Positions 23,509 to 37,600 of a DNA stretch of 64,000 bases are shown here, one piece after another. This DNA is from Callorhinchus milii (taxonomy: Eukaryota), in contig NW_024704742.1 in the NCBI RefSeq assembly GCF_018977255.1, positions 91,762,001-91,826,000 of the forward strand, given 5' to 3'. The notes under the pieces are model-generated. The model was not told where the DNA came from. It worked only from the letters and a program-made list of their open reading frames with translations, and made no database searches. Both the position numbers and the translations under genes were made by a program. Each line of letters starts with the position of its first letter. The stretch's first letter is position 1.

Positions 23509-24409
23509 TATATGTCCACAGCTCTAATCTAACTATTTGATATAGTTTTCACATCAAAATATATATGTGTATATATAAATGTATACTGTGTATATATATA
23601 GTGAACAAGAGATGCCCTATCTCAGACCCTGGGGCAGACACCAGCTACTTTCTGATGATACAAGAAACATCAATTTACGCTCAGGTATCACCATGTTGAG
23701 CAGTAAACCCGCATCCCTGCATTCTGCGGTGTGCTGCATGACATTGCCAACAAGCTTTGCCACAACATATTCCTAAAGTCATTTTTCAATACAAACTCTT
23801 CACACAGTTGCAACTATTGCCTACCACCTCCGGTACATATATTTCACCAAGCACAGCAGAAAGGTAAGCCAGCAAAAATATTGGAGTATGGTTGTTTGCC
23901 CTTTGGTCACAACAAACCACTGAATTTACATTAGTGTTTTTTATCCCCTTTTACAGTTATTTTTCCATTCTGTTCTATGCAGCGCTGTTTTAGGGAGAGG
24001 GATATTATACCATCTACATCGCACTGACTACTGGACAAAACAGCATTAGAGAAGTACCAGGGAAAGGCAGTGATATTCGTATAAGATTGCACCATGTTTA
24101 CTGTTAAACATTGAAAAAAACTTCTCTTTTCATTGTTCCACTCCGATTCATTTTAGCCTTTCTCTCTATCACCACCCTTTGGTAACAGGTTATGGCTATG
24201 TGCCCATGTGCAGGCTGATCATCGCAAGTCAGGAATTATATGTATTGTCCTTGAGATGGTGCAGAGGTGAGAAGCCAAGGTGATTGTGCGAATTTATCTT
24301 CTGAGGAAAGGTTAAGGAAGTGGGGTTGCTTTCTTTGGAAAGAGTTGACTGTGACATGAACTAATTGCAGTTTTCAAGATAATGGAGTGGAAATTGCACA
24401 CTAAACATC

Positions 24410-25135
24410 ACAAAAAGAACAATTTTCACTTATATTATGCCTTTCACATGGGGAGAACATGTCAAAGTGTTTCACAAAGACCAATAGGGAGCCCAAGCTA
24501 GGAGGGAGATGGTACAGAGCAGTTGGGAAGAGGTGGCCAAAGGTATGATCAGAGATAGGTCTTTAGACAGATTTTGAAAGCAGAGAGGGAAGGACTGAGA
24601 TTCAAGGATTTTGAAATAGAGTTCCATAGGATGGGAGTTAGCAGATGAAAGCTTGCCTTTCAGTGGGGATCGGGGGGGCATACATAGTTGAAAGAAGGAG
24701 TGATTGAGAGAGTAGGGTCACGGGAGATCTCTGAATTCAGGTGCAGCAAGGCCATGGAAGAATTTGAAGTATGGACGAGAATCTTAAAGTTGATTGTCGG
24801 GTGATGGGAGTCATTTGAGCCAGGTGAGGGTTGGGCTCCCAGAGCCCAGTATATAAGAGGATGTAGGTTGCAGAGTTCTAGACAATCTGGATCTTGTAAA
24901 GGGTGGCTCTGGGGAATCTGGGATGCAAAGATTGGAGAAATCAAGTATGGAAGTGACAAAGTCATGGATGAGGGATCCGAAAGCATGGAATTTAGATGGT
25001 GACAGAGAGGGGCAGTGTTATGGAGATGAAGGAAAGCAGACTGGGTCAGAATCTGGATAAAAGTTTTAAAGGAGAGTTGAGGGTCGAAAAAAATGCCAAA
25101 GTTTTGCAGAGACTTCATGAGTTGGAGGTGAAAAG
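24410..25135 (-). mobile_element. Degraded L2 3' fragment
   Basis: Minus ORF QNFGIFFDPQLSFKTFIQILTQSAFLHLHN...INFKILVHT. Confidence 0.8.
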
Positions 25136-25503
25136 GGTCATAATTTGCATAAATGATGTAAGTTAAAACTACTGCCATAATTTTGGGAGTACAGCAAAAA
25201 TAAATTACTTATTTTACTTACAAAATTCCTGTGCATGATTTGCAATTTTTTCTTAGGGTATAGTATATACTTTCAAGCCACGGAAAGGTCTTGAGATATT
25301 CATGTGTTTAGGGAAATTGAAAATTGTAGTATCTTATCCATAACATCCAGCCCATATATACATGGCTCTTTCGAGCAGCATAGACCTTGGAGCAGCGTAC
25401 AAGCTTCTGCATTGTTGTCTCCCCCATTTGTGGGAAGACAAGGAATAACATGAGCTTGTTATAAAATGGTATTGTCCGCAGCACTGTGTTTCACTGATCT
25501 TAC

Positions 25504-25542
25504 CTTTGTGCATCCCTTCAGTTCCTCCAAAGCCTTCCTCAC
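25504..25542 (-). CDS. Candidate 39-nt exon
   Basis: gtcttgcttgcag|GTGAGG...CACAAAG|gtaaga; reads VRKALEELKGCTK in phase 0 or GEEGFGGTEGMHK in phase 1. Confidence 0.4.
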
Positions 25543-25564
25543 CTGCAAGCAAGACAGTGTGAAT

Positions 25565-25993
25565 TAATAATAATCCCTACATTATCACTGCCAGGAGGAC
25601 AGCTTCATAGGATTTACTGTGATATGCACCAACTATGTATTTACTAGGCAAATACAGCAGCCCAATTGCACACAGCAATAACCCACAAACAGCCATTAAA
25701 CGAATGACCAATTTTATTTGGGGGATTGTTGGTCAGGACACAGGGAAAAACTCCCTTTTCTGTTCGAATAGTTGAATGGGATCTTTAAGATCTTTAACAT
25801 CCAACTAAGAGACGGACGTGACCTTGGTTTAACATCTCATCCGTAGGACGGCACCTCTGACAATAAAACACTCCCCCGAGCACTGTAATGGAGTATCAGT
25901 TTAGATTATGTGAGTTCAAGTCCGGACGTGGGGCTTGAACCCACAACCTTCTGCCTCAGAGGTGAGAGTTCTATCACTGATCCAGGCTGACAC
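25565..25993 (-). mobile_element. Deu-SINE, near full length
   Basis: tRNA-like head (reverse complement tgtcagcctggatcagtgatagaactctcacctctgag...ggttcaagcccc), Deu domain and aataataatcc tail. Confidence 0.9.
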
Positions 25994-26611
25994 AGGTGAC
26001 TCAATTGGCAAGTGACCCGAGCCAGGCTCTTCTTCTTTGACTGCATCAGGCATTGCAGTTGTTATTGAATCTGTTTAAACCACCTTTTCAGGCAGTAAAT
26101 TCCATTTTGAAGCAATTTTGTTTCCCAGCAACAGTTACAGTCACTGTGTTTCGATCACATAATCTATCACCCCCATGAAAGGATCCTGAAAGCTGATAGA
26201 GGAAATGTATTCACTGTAGTAGAAGTGTTCCAAAATTAGGGTATCAGATTTAAACCTCTAGGAGGAAGAAAGGAAGTCCTGTGTTTTTTTATATATAAAG
26301 GACTTGTGGAATTAGATATAAAGGAGAGTTAATGAAGTAAAAATGTAAATGGGTTCAAGAGGCTAGTTGAGGTATTTTTGGAGATGGCAGGGATTGAGGG
26401 CTATGGTAAAAAGTGGTTTGTGAGGCTTGAGAATTAAAACTTGATGGACTCATAACCTTTTCCTGTTCCTTGAGATACAATATTTATTGCTCTTATTATT
26501 ATGTTGGGATATTCTACCTTGTAAATTCAACATTGTAACTTTCTCTGTGTTGAAACATGTTGGTACATTAATAAATTCCACCACTGGGCTATCCCAGTGT
26601 ATTACGTTTCA

Positions 26612-27570
26612 CCTTTAATTTACCTCTCTGTCTCTCTGCCTCCACCCTGAACTCCAGGACTACTGGCATCCTGACCGACTGCCTGTCCGACATCAAGTCC
26701 TGGACGAGGTCCAACTTTCTCCAACTGAATGTCAGCAAGACTGAGGCCCTCCTGATTGGCTCGCGCCAGCGCCTCCGCACCTCAGGCGCTGGCAGCATCA
26801 GCCTCCACGGCTGCACACTCAACCTCACTAAGCCAGTCAGGATCCTGGGTATCTTGTTTGACTCTGAACTGTCCTTTCTCCCCCACATCCAAACCATGAC
26901 CAGAGCTGCCCATCTCCGCAACATTGCCAGACTCACCCCTCAGGCTGCCGAAACCCTCACCCACGCATTCGTCACATCAAGGCTCGATTACGGAAACTCC
27001 CACCTCATCGGCCTTCCCAACTCTTCCCTTTACAAGCTGCAGATCATCCAAAACTCTGCAGCTTGTGTACTCTCATGCACTAGGCTCCGAGACCCCATCA
27101 CTCCCACACTTGCCCGACTCCACTGGCTTCCCATCCCCCAGAGGATTGAATTCAAGATCCTCATCATCACCTTTAAGGCCATCCATGGTCTTGCCCCCTC
27201 CTACCTCTTTGACCTGCTGACTGCCTCCCAACCTGCCCGCTCTCTCCATTCAGCGGGCTCCAGTCTGCTCCATGTCTCCTTCCCAACCTGCTCTACCATC
27301 GGTGGCCGGGCTTTCAGCCTTTCTGCCCCCACACTCTGGAACTCCAACCCATGGTCCCTTTGCCTCACTTCCTCTCTTGCCTTCTTCAAGGCTGGTCTCA
27401 AGACTCTTCTCTTCGATCATGCCTTTGGTCGCCCTCCCACCTCTCTGCCTTCCCTCACCCCTACACCACCTCTTCCCCATGCTCGGGCCCCGACACCTGA
27501 CTGTTCAGCGCTTTGGGACGTCCTCCCGACGTGAAAGGCGCTCTATAAATATCATTTTGTTGTTGTTGTT
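26612..27570 (+). mobile_element. L2 LINE 3' fragment
   Basis: ORF 26854-27534 has HAFVTSRLDYGNS and LARLHWLPIPQRIEFKIL; ttgttgttgttg tail. Confidence 0.95.
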
Positions 27571-28004
27571 AATTTGGTGTCAGAGGGTGACACCAGTGAA
27601 GAAGAAGATGGTACAAATATAGCACAAAAAGGCTAGACTGCTTAACAAGAAGCAATTTATCTAAAGACTATACCTGGGATGTCCTGAACTCCCAACTTCC
27701 TGCTGCTGGATTCTGACTGCACCAACTACTGGACACAACAGCATAGCAGGAGCACCAGAGAAAAACAGTGACAGCTGCAGAATTATGTGTGTTCTGCAGC
27801 TGTGAATGTAACCTTAGCAAGAAAGAAACTCCTAGACCCTTGGGATGGAGGCTAGGGCACCTGGGTGGTGGCAGGCTGATTAACCATTGAATTAGGGCCA
27901 CAAACATAGTGGGTTAGTTCCTCCAATCGCTTTTCATGAGAAAGCACTAACACCTCCGATCAAAAATACTACCACAAAAGATGAAAATCACCTGTTTGTT
28001 CTGG

Positions 28005-28218
28005 ACGGGTATAATAATCTCTCAAAAAAACAATAAAACAATAAAAATTTGGTCACTCAATCCACGACTGTTTGTGGGACACTGCTGTGCACATTTGGCT
28101 GCCGCATTTCGCCCACAAATATACAGTCAAAACACTTTACAGTATATTCTGTGAAGCGCTTTGAGACATCTAGAAAACGTGAAAAGTGCTATATCAAATG
28201 CAAGTTTTTTTTATTATA
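28005..28218 (+). mobile_element. tRNA-SINE 3' half
   Basis: caatccacgactgtttgtgggacactgctgtg...gtgctatatcaaatgcaag. Confidence 0.88.
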
Positions 28219-29037
28219 GACTGTAACCGGTTCAGGAATACTTGCTGCTCTTTTAGCAGCTCAGCTAGTGCTAAACCAGATGATGTGATGTAATGGTATT
28301 TTGTGTAGAAATTAATCATATTTATCTTCATCAAGAAAACTGCGTTCAGAGATCAGCTTGAATGTTTGTTGCATAACACGCAGAGAGTGCTGTTCTACTG
28401 TTTAACACTCCATATTTTGGGAGGTGAGGGAAGCTTCTCAATGAATAACACTTCACATATCAGCTGGTAAAGCATCAGAACTGTCTGCGTAATGAGGGAA
28501 GGGCAAGAAAACGATTCACGAAAATAATTGCCAAGAATGTGTGAATTTTAAGCCAGCAATGCTTTAATTCTTTGTGGTCTAGTGCTAGCATGTTAGTTCT
28601 TAGAAATAAAAGTGTGACACAAATGAATGATGTCTGATTTTATTGAGAAAGTACTGCGGACTTAGAAACACAACATAATTCACCAGATTCCCTCAATTCT
28701 TGATTACAATAAAACATGGTTCAAACTAACAGAAGGTCAGCTTTGGATATGTTACATAAACAAACAACATGCACACATTGCAAGTATTGAAATACTTACC
28801 GTACAGCTGGTGGAAGGGTGGGGAGATTTCAAGAATGCTTAAGAATCCTGAGAGATGCCTTGAAGCAAACAAGCATTACGACTTAAAGGCCACAAAGGGT
28901 ATTTCATGATGTAATAAAATAAATCAACAACCTTCAATTTACCTTTTTTGACGATTTGATGATGTGGGTATATCATCAACCAATCACGATTGAAGGAAAA
29001 CCTGCGGTGTTTGTGGCCATAATTCAATGGTTCATCA

Positions 29038-29342
29038 GCGAAATCTTAGGCAAGTTTCCTTACTCCACACACACCCCTCTGCTTACCTAGCAATAAGTAG
29101 TAACCCCAGTTGTTAGTAAATTGGTGGATCGTTTTCCGGGGGTAATAATCCCGCCAACAAAAATAATAATTTGGTCACTCAATCCACGACTGTTCGTGGG
29201 ATACTGCTGTGTAAAATTGGTTGCCGCATTTCGCCCACAAAGTATAATCACTCCACTTTATAATATATCCAGTGAAGTGCTTTGAGATGTCTCAAAGACA
29301 TGATAAGGTGCTATATCAAATGCAAAAATTATTATTATTATC
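29038..29342 (+). mobile_element. tRNA-SINE, long subfamily, head missing
   Basis: ggcaagtttccttactccacac...cttacctagcaataagtag...attattattatt. Confidence 0.88.
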
Positions 29343-29554
29343 ACTCTGGATTTGATTGAAACTTTGATATTTTAGTAAAGTTTCCAATCTTTGAAGTGAC
29401 TATAATAATAATGAAATATAAAACAAAATAAAATTGAAGCTAGCTTTGCTGGCTGGCTGCTACGATGGCTCAGTTAGTGAAGTCATGGCACAGTGCGAAA
29501 CTGCACCATGCATGCTGTGAAGGATATTGGAACAAGAAATGTGTGCAAAACACC

Positions 29555-29880
29555 AGCAACAACAACAACATGCATTTATATAGCACCCGTCATGCACGGT
29601 AACGTCCCAGAGATCTTGACAGTTGTGGAGCATGGAGGTGACCATAACCACGGTCAAAGAGGAAGGTCTTCAGCAGGAGGCAAAAGCCAGTTGAGCAGAG
29701 GCAGTAGGCTGTGGGTTGGAGAGTAAGTAGGTTGGAGAGATAGGGAGGTACCAATGCATGAAGGGATTTGAAGACGAGTGTAAAGACCTTGAAATCAATC
29801 TGTTCAGTGATAGGGAACCAGTGGAGCCAAGAACTGGTGTGATGGAGGTACGAAGTTCAGTGCGTGTGAGTACGCGGATG
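29555..29880 (-). mobile_element. Degraded L2 3' fragment
   Basis: (CAA)n tail; tagggaaccagtggagccaag is the reverse complement of LHWFP. Confidence 0.7.
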
Positions 29881-30109
29881 AAGCAAAAGGATTTGGAGTA
29901 TGATCATTGATACATTTGACAGGCAATATAAAGGTGCTATAAACAAAGTGAATCTATTACTGTACCAGGATTTTGAGGGCATTTGAGGTTATTCCAACCT
30001 TGTATAGATCACCAGTAAATGGAATATTGTGCACAGTTTTAGGCACTCTACCTCCAAAAGGACTTTGAAGCATTGGAGATGTGCAATAAGGACGATTGGT
30101 AGAGGCCTG

Positions 30110-30520
30110 GGAGACAGTTTTGAAACACCTCAATTGATTCTACATCAATGGCCACTGGGGCAGGATATTCCACATACTGAAAGCCCCTTTGTGTGAAAAA
30201 ATATGTTCTGGATTCACTTTTCGCTGTCATATGTTTAATTTTAAAATGATGACCCCTTCTTTCAAAGTCTCCTACATGAGGAAACAGTGGTTCCCTATCT
30301 AATTTGTCAAATCCGTTTTATTATTGTCCACACATCAATTAAATCACTCCTTAACCTCCTCAGCTCTCGGGAATGTAACCCAAGTTTATTCAACTGCCCA
30401 TTATAGCAGAATCTCTTCATCCCAGGTATCATTCTGGTGAATGATAGCTGGAATTTCTCCAAGGCTAGTATATCCTTTCTAAGCTGGGGTACCCAAAACT
30501 GAATACAATACTCCATGTGA
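30110..30520 (-). mobile_element. CR1 3' fragment
   Basis: Minus ORF MEYCIQFWVPQLRKDILALEKFQLSFTRMIPGM. Confidence 0.88.
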
Positions 30521-31258
30521 GATCTGTGAAGTATTTCATTCTAATCTTCTTGTAATAAAATATAGCAGCAATGTACATGGCAAATTCTGACTTGACTATT
30601 TATTCACAAGAGTTCAATCATGGCTTAAATGCACTGAATATTTATTGTATTCAGAGCCTTACATTAAAAGGGTTTTTCAGTAATAATCCCACAGGGTCTG
30701 TTAAAGAACCCCTAATAGTAGCTGTAATTAAATACATCTCCTAAAGGGGCAGTACATCTGGAATTTCTGGCTTGCATGCCAAAGATTCCTATACATTGAG
30801 CAACCAGTCCAGACTTAAATAGTGTTGGCAGATATACGAGATATAAAAATATTTTGAACCATTTAAAAGTGTGATCTTCAAGCTTTGCATAAAGCTTGGT
30901 ACATTTTGCCCTGGGCACAAATATAATTTGATTGAGCACAAAATATATTTGTATCCAGAATCATTTTAGATCTTAAAGGAGGCGGCACAGATACTATGGG
31001 CCTAATGGCACTCTTCTGTGGCATAAATTTCAATGGCTCTATGGACTTAAATCCTGTTAACGTTTCGACAACATGATAAGGCGCTATATCAAATGCAAGG
31101 ATTATTCTTATTATTGCTACCAGTCGTCATGTCAGTTTCCTCCCCTCCTCCTGGTAGTTTTCTGTGGATGGGCACCATAATTATCATTTGTACTTTGGTG
31201 GACTCTCTTCACTCAGATCTCATTCCAGTAATGGTAACCACACAGCTTACGTATACAA

Positions 31259-31492
31259 AGCAACAATAACTTCAATAGCAACTTGCACTTATTTAGCACC
31301 GTCCACCCAGGGTAGGTCTCCGAGCGCGTAACAGTGGCGGAGCCTGACTCTGAGCAGGGGGGATGGGGGGAAGCAGGAGAGGTGGCCGTAAGCACGATTG
31401 AAGAGGAAGGTTTTCAGGCGGGACTTGAAAAAGGGGAGCGAGAGGGCAAGGCGGAGGGATTGAGGGAGAGTGTTCCAACGTTTCGTGGCCAA
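31259..31492 (-). mobile_element. L2 3' end
   Basis: WNTLPQSLRLALSLPFFKSRLKTFLFNRAY on the minus strand. Confidence 0.88.
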
Positions 31493-31714
31493 GCACTGCT
31501 TAGTAGAGAGCTTTGGCAGGCAGGGATAAAGGTATCTTAATACTTCCAAGTCTCATTGACAAGCCAGACAAGCTTGTCAACATGAGTAATGGTTTGGATC
31601 ACTGAGAACCTGTCTAGTATATTATCAGTTGAACCCAGCAAGACTTTAATTTACTAATTTCATACCAATTTCCCCAGAAGTCCATACATTTTTAGAAAAG
31701 GTACTCATTTTAGC

Positions 31715-32095
31715 CTAACTTGGTTAGGCTAGCGCTTGCCTCTGAGTCAAGTTTAAGCTCCATCTAAGTTCAAGCTCTATCTAGTCTTGGCTGATACTAC
31801 AGTGCTGGTTGGTGAAGTACTGCAAGTGCCATCATTTGGATGAAACATTAAACTCTCTGTCTATTCAAGTGGGCATTAAAGATCTCATGCCATAATTCAA
31901 AAACTAAAGATAAGTTTCTCTCACACTTCTGGCCAACAATCGCCAGATACAATTGGGCAATCATTTCATGGCTGTTTGTGTAACATTGTTATGCGTAAAT
32001 TGATTGCTGCATTCCCTATAAGTTACATGTTTCAGTGAAATCCTGTGAAGCATTTTGACAACATAAGACAATGTGTCAAATGCAAGAATTATTAT
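31715..32095 (+). mobile_element. Degraded Deu-SINE
   Basis: gcttgcctctgagtcaag head, ggatgaaacattaaac, aaagatctcatgcc, aaatgcaagaattatt tail. Confidence 0.75.
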
Positions 32096-33214
32096 TTTCT
32101 TTTGTCTTGAGAGAGGGAAGGCTGAGATGACTTACTGGAATTTGAACCCCAAACCTCTGGTTTCAAGTCTATTTTAATGTAAGATGTTGTACTGTATTCT
32201 CAGGGTAACATTGTGGAGGATACCTCCGGTTAGGATTATTTCCAAAGCTCTTAAAAATATATCACATGAAAGCTGTAAATTTACAAACTGGGACCGACGC
32301 TAAGATATTACTGTATTGCCACTATTTCAAATGTAGCGTAGGGAGTTTCTCCCAGTTGTTCTGGTTAATATCTCTAACCCTTCCAAACTTCAACTTAATT
32401 GGCTTCTCATTTCATTGTTGCTTGTACAATAATGAAACCGTTTAATACAACAATTTAGCTACATAACACTTCATTTTAAGTTATTTTCTTTTCTGAGATT
32501 TCCAAGTAAGCCACAATTAAATACATTTTCGAGGTAAATTACTGGATAGAATTTTATACTGGACATTAATCTGAATGACCCACTCACATTAGTATCTACA
32601 TTCTAATGAAATCCCGCAGTTGAAGTCATTCAGAATACTGCTTATTGGTAAAATCTTTTCCTTTATCAGCTGCAAGCAAGAAACACGGGGTGAAACAGGG
32701 GCTATAAAATAACATTAAACTGTCACTCTGCTATGCATGGGAATGACTGTTGTAGTCTCTCAGCTGCTAAGCAATAGCAGATGTAAATTCTGTGGATCAC
32801 TATTAATGAAAAGGGAACATTGTCTCGTCTGGAGATCCAGTTGGTCAAGAACGATGTAAATATGTAGATCAGGGTCATTCGGTCTCCAGCCATTAAACCT
32901 CTCTTGATTTGATTGCATAATAAGTGATGGTTGAACTACTGGAATCCCATTTTATTGTTTTTTTGCACAGTGCTTTGTAAATTGGCTGCCATGCTTGCCT
33001 ACAATTTCACAGTCACTACACTTGACAGCAAGTGCTTGAGAAAGGCTTTGAGCTGTTTCAGTGTTATAAAAGCTGTGTCAAATACAGGGATCATTATAAT
33101 ATCATATAATTGGCTGTTGCATTCACCTACAAATACATAGTTATTATACTTTACAGTAAAATCGATGAGATGTTCCCCGACATGATGAGGTGCTATATCA
33201 AAGGCAAGGATTAT

Positions 33215-33545
33215 TACATAGAATCTTAGAATTATACAGCACAGAAGGAAGCCATTCAGCCCATCGTGTCTGTGCCAGCTCTTTGAAAAGAGCTGCCCAA
33301 ATCAATCCCACTCCCCCGCTCTATTCCCATAACCCGCTCTCCCCACTCTCAATCCATGACTGTTTGTGGGACACTGCTGTGCGCAATTGGCTGCTGCGTT
33401 TTGCCCACAAATATACAATCAAATCACTTTACAAAATATTCTGTGAAGTGCTTTGAGCCGTCTCAAAGATATGGAAAAGCGCTATGTCAAATGCAAGGAT
33501 TATTATATAACCCTGTAAACTTGTCCTCTCCAAACAATTATCCAT
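33215..33545 (-). mobile_element. CR1 tail interrupted by a plus-strand SINE 3' half (~33346-33506)
   Basis: acagcacagaaggaagccattcagcccatc CR1 end; SINE piece flanked by ataaccc direct repeats. Confidence 0.8.
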
Positions 33546-34149
33546 TGTACATGATTGCATGATTACTTTAAACGAAGCAATGAAAAGTAAAATGATACAA
33601 ATTAAAAGCCTAAGGACTGAAAATGCTCCACTTGACCCTCGTTAAGGTTATACACACCTAGTTGACATTGAAATATTTGGACCAAAAGTATTCTAAATTA
33701 ATCCTTTTAAGTACTGTTTGAATGGGTGTTTTCAGAATGACACAATTCTGTGAATTGATGCTGCATCCACATTCATGCCTCCCATGTTCACTTTCAGTTG
33801 TGGAAACAACATTATACATTGGCGGTGTGACATCTACTCAGTGATCAGATGCGCCCCAGTCTATCATAGATTTGTCTCTCTCCTTTCAATGCTTCCAAAG
33901 TCAGTTTTTTGAGCCAAGAAAAATCATTTTTTTAAAAAAAGGTTGATCCCACTTTCCAAAACGGATAGTGGTTATTGAGAAAAGCAAGAAGAAAGTGAAA
34001 ATCTTTTAAGGTAGAAAATCGGAGCAAAGGTTAAAACAGGGAGGAAAAGAATGAAATAATTTGTACAATTAAAAACTAAAACAAAAATAGGACAGAGCTT
34101 ACAATTATCCAGTTCCTACACTTCGCAGAAACTATGTGGAACCTGCTTG

Positions 34150-34431
34150 TTTGGCTCCAGCCTCCTGCTTGTCCCTCAAGCATTCCTTTCCACCATCGGT
34201 GGCCGTGCTCTCAGCCACTATGCTGCAAAACTCTGGAACACTCTTCCTCAACAATCTCCACCTTGCCCCCTCCTTCCCCATCTTCAGGTGGCGCCTGAAG
34301 ATCTTCCTCTTTAACCATGATTATGATCACCTCCCGCTCCCCTCGGCTCAGCATCACGCTCTGCAACTGTCAAGTGCTCTGGGATTCTACTCTACGTGAG
34401 GGGCACAATATCAATGCAAGTTGTTGTTGTT
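34150..34431 (+). mobile_element. L2 3' end
   Basis: ccaccatcggtggccgtgctctcagccactatgc...gcaagttgttgttgtt. Confidence 0.85.
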
Positions 34432-34650
34432 ATAATAATATAATAATAATAATCCTTCCATTTGATATAGCGCTTTTCACGTCATCTAGACATCTCAAAG
34501 CGCTTCACAGGATATACTGTAAAATGAACTGACTGTATATTTGTGGACGAAACGCGGCAGCCAATTGCACACAGCAGTATCCCACAAACAGTCGTAGATT
34601 GAAAATGATCAATTTATTATTGGTTTGTTTTTTGGAGGGATTATTATTGG
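34432..34650 (-). mobile_element. tRNA-SINE 3' half, tail-to-tail with the L2
   Basis: (AAT)n followed by ccttccatttgatatagcgcttttcacgtc. Confidence 0.88.
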
Positions 34651-37600
34651 AGGGATTGTTATGTGAAGTGCTTTGAGACATTCTCAATGTGATAAGCTAC
34701 AAATCAATGAAAGTCTTATTTATTACTGTAATGGTGTTTTTTTAAGCTTCATGGTGTTTGAGCTGAAACTGTGCAGAATTATTTGGAGCACAGAGATGGG
34801 AGTTGTCAGAGAGATGTCAAAGAGATGCTATAGCGCTTGAAGTGTTCAAAAATTTCAAAAATCGAGAGGGATGTATACGATTTCATTAAACGCTCCCGTG
34901 AGCAAGTAAAAGAATAGTGGCCATGTTATTCCATCAAGTTAGCAAAGAGGAGACCATGTCTCTCCTGTTCTTGGTTATTTTTGAACATTGTCACTCACTG
35001 TTTAAAAATATCACCACATGTAAGGTAGACTTAATTATTATGGATGCCTAAACAGATTGTACAAAACATGAAGAAAAAATGATTGCTCACTTTATTTGGT
35101 ATTCCATAAAATATGCCGATTAAAAACCATTTACTGAATCAACCTTTAAAAAACCCCATGGAAATAGACAGCACCTCTGATGTCATTGTGGATAAAAATG
35201 ATAAGATCACAAAATTGATAATGAAGAAGGCCCTTCAGTCCATCTCATCTCATTCCTCCAGAACACCCACCCTACTGCTTCCCATCACAGCATCAAGCTG
35301 TTCTTAAACAAGTCCAACGTCCATCCGGGCTTCAACCACCTTTACTGGCAACCTGCTCCAGACATTGTTACCCTCCGTGTAAAGAAAACCTTCCTGGTAT
35401 CTGTCCTGAAATTGCCCTTTTCAACTCTAAATCTATGCTTTTTTTACTGCGTGGTTAGTGCAATACTGTGCAATATGTTGCAGATATAAATCAGGGTTTG
35501 TGCTGAGTTAGCTGACCTCTTTATTGCCTGTCTGTCCAACTGGGCTTTAAAGATCCTTTGATACCATTGGAAAATAAAGGGGAGGTTCTACCAGTGTTCC
35601 TGACCAACAGTCCTCCAGATCAGCCAAATGCTGTTTCTTGACAATTATACTTCCTTTCAAAACTATTTGGATGAAAACACATTAAGTAGAGGTCATATCC
35701 TGAGTGGAATTGTTTTCACTATGACTTGTGAAATGATTATATAGTTAAAGGTAGCTTTAAAATTGGCTTCTCAAACATTTCACAGAAAATGACTTTGACT
35801 GAACTATTGGTAATATTTGATTTAACCTAACCACAACCCACTGTTCCAGGAGCGCTCCTTGTGTGAACAGAAAGCCTTTTGTTTGGGATTTGCATACATA
35901 TGGCATTATCCATATTTGGTTTCCTTGCTCATGGCAGCACTAACTTCCCAAACCAACAACTCGACAAACAAACAAGAAACATTTGTGCAGCTTTCTCAAA
36001 TGTGGCTAAAACCATGCAAAAAAGACCAGTTTAATGAGTCACCAAATGGCCTTTATTTTAAGCTAAGTCCCCTCAAAACCATAAAGTTTGTGGGGTTACG
36101 GCAAGCTGACAAAAAACCATGGAGTTTTCATTGTGGCTTCCTTGGGAACTAAGGAAGCAACACGTGGTTGAAAAGCAAAGCTCAGTACTGGATAGAGGGG
36201 CCATAATAAACTGACCAGGCATGTTGGAAGAGGCAACACTTTTATAAACACTTCAGTATTGCAAGCTGTAATTGTGGTTTGGCAAATACCTCAGGCTGTA
36301 TTTTTACATTCTTTCATGTTTTTAATGTGTTCCAACACTCACCCAAAAGTTAGTTTAGCTGCTAAAAAAAATCTTTTAATGGACCCAGTAAACAAAAACG
36401 AAAATCAAATCCTGTTTCTTGCTCTCCGTCCCCACACCCTGGGTCAATGCTTTAAGATGACTGCCACATACAGTCAAGAACTTGAGTTTTCTTTGCATAT
36501 AATTATTTTTTATCTATTTCTGTTTAGGCCATTTTTCAATTCATCTCTTCCAGCTTCCTTCCAATGTTGGGTAGCCTTACTATATTCACCAACATCATTT
36601 TCTTGGTACTGCCAGATAGTATCTCAATATACTCTCTCACCATTGGAGGTGAATAGGCAGCTCCATTACAAAATAAACAACGTGCTCCACTGTATTTGTT
36701 TGAGCAGCACCAAATGATTATCAAGTTGTGAAAACACAAGAAAGCACTCTAGTCTATTTTTATTGGCAATGATACAGCTAATCTCTCAGAATGCAACAGA
36801 AAGGAATTAAAGACGTATCTGAAGTGCAACGTAATCAAACATGGGAAATAATAATAATAATCCTTGCATTTGATATAGCGCTTATCACATCTTTGAGGCG
36901 TCTCAAAGAGCTTCACAGAATATACTGTAAAGTGAATTGACTGTATATTAATAGGTGCCGCATGGGCTTTTTACTTGGTGTAGTCACTAAGGTCACAAAA
37001 CCTTTTCCTTATCCAGTAAAACTTGGGTCCAAAATGCCATTTTTGCCTTTGTTTGCAATTTTACAGTTTTGTTTTTGTACATTATTTATGTACTTATGTT
37101 ATATAGCTGTACTAGCATTGGCTAGAAATATTAGCTCCCAGCTTGAATCAGATTTAAGTGCTCTTGTTGTTATTAACAACAACAACAATTGGTATTTATA
37201 CAGCACCTTCACACAGGGTAGCATCTTGGAGCATTTAAAATTACCGGCTTCACCATTTAATATCAAAATACATCTAACACCACTCGTAGAATTACACAGA
37301 ATTACATAGAATCAAACAGCACAGAAACAGGCCTGTCGGCCCATATAGTCCTTGCTGGTGTTAATACTTCTCACAAACCTCCATCTCTCCTATTCTGCTC
37401 TTCAATACCCCTCTATTCCGTTCTCCCTCAGGTATGCATCAATATTTGGTGACATCAGCAGGGATCAAAGAATTCAGGGGCGAATGGGGTTGGACGTGCC
37501 AAGCAGTTGTGCAGCATCTTCAGGGCAGTAGTTCAATGCTTCATCTAGCAGAAGGTTTCAGCACCAGCAGCTCTTGTCAGTGAGCAAATTAAAATTGATG

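Noticed and set aside
23640..23710. Hammerhead ribozyme core (ctgatga...gaaa); also checked ~51790, ~54808 (-) and ~61634
   Set aside because: Stems I and II do not form, or GAAA is missing.
36259..36717. 152-aa plus ORF
   Set aside because: TTG start, composition typical of AT-rich non-coding DNA, no motif or convincing splice context.
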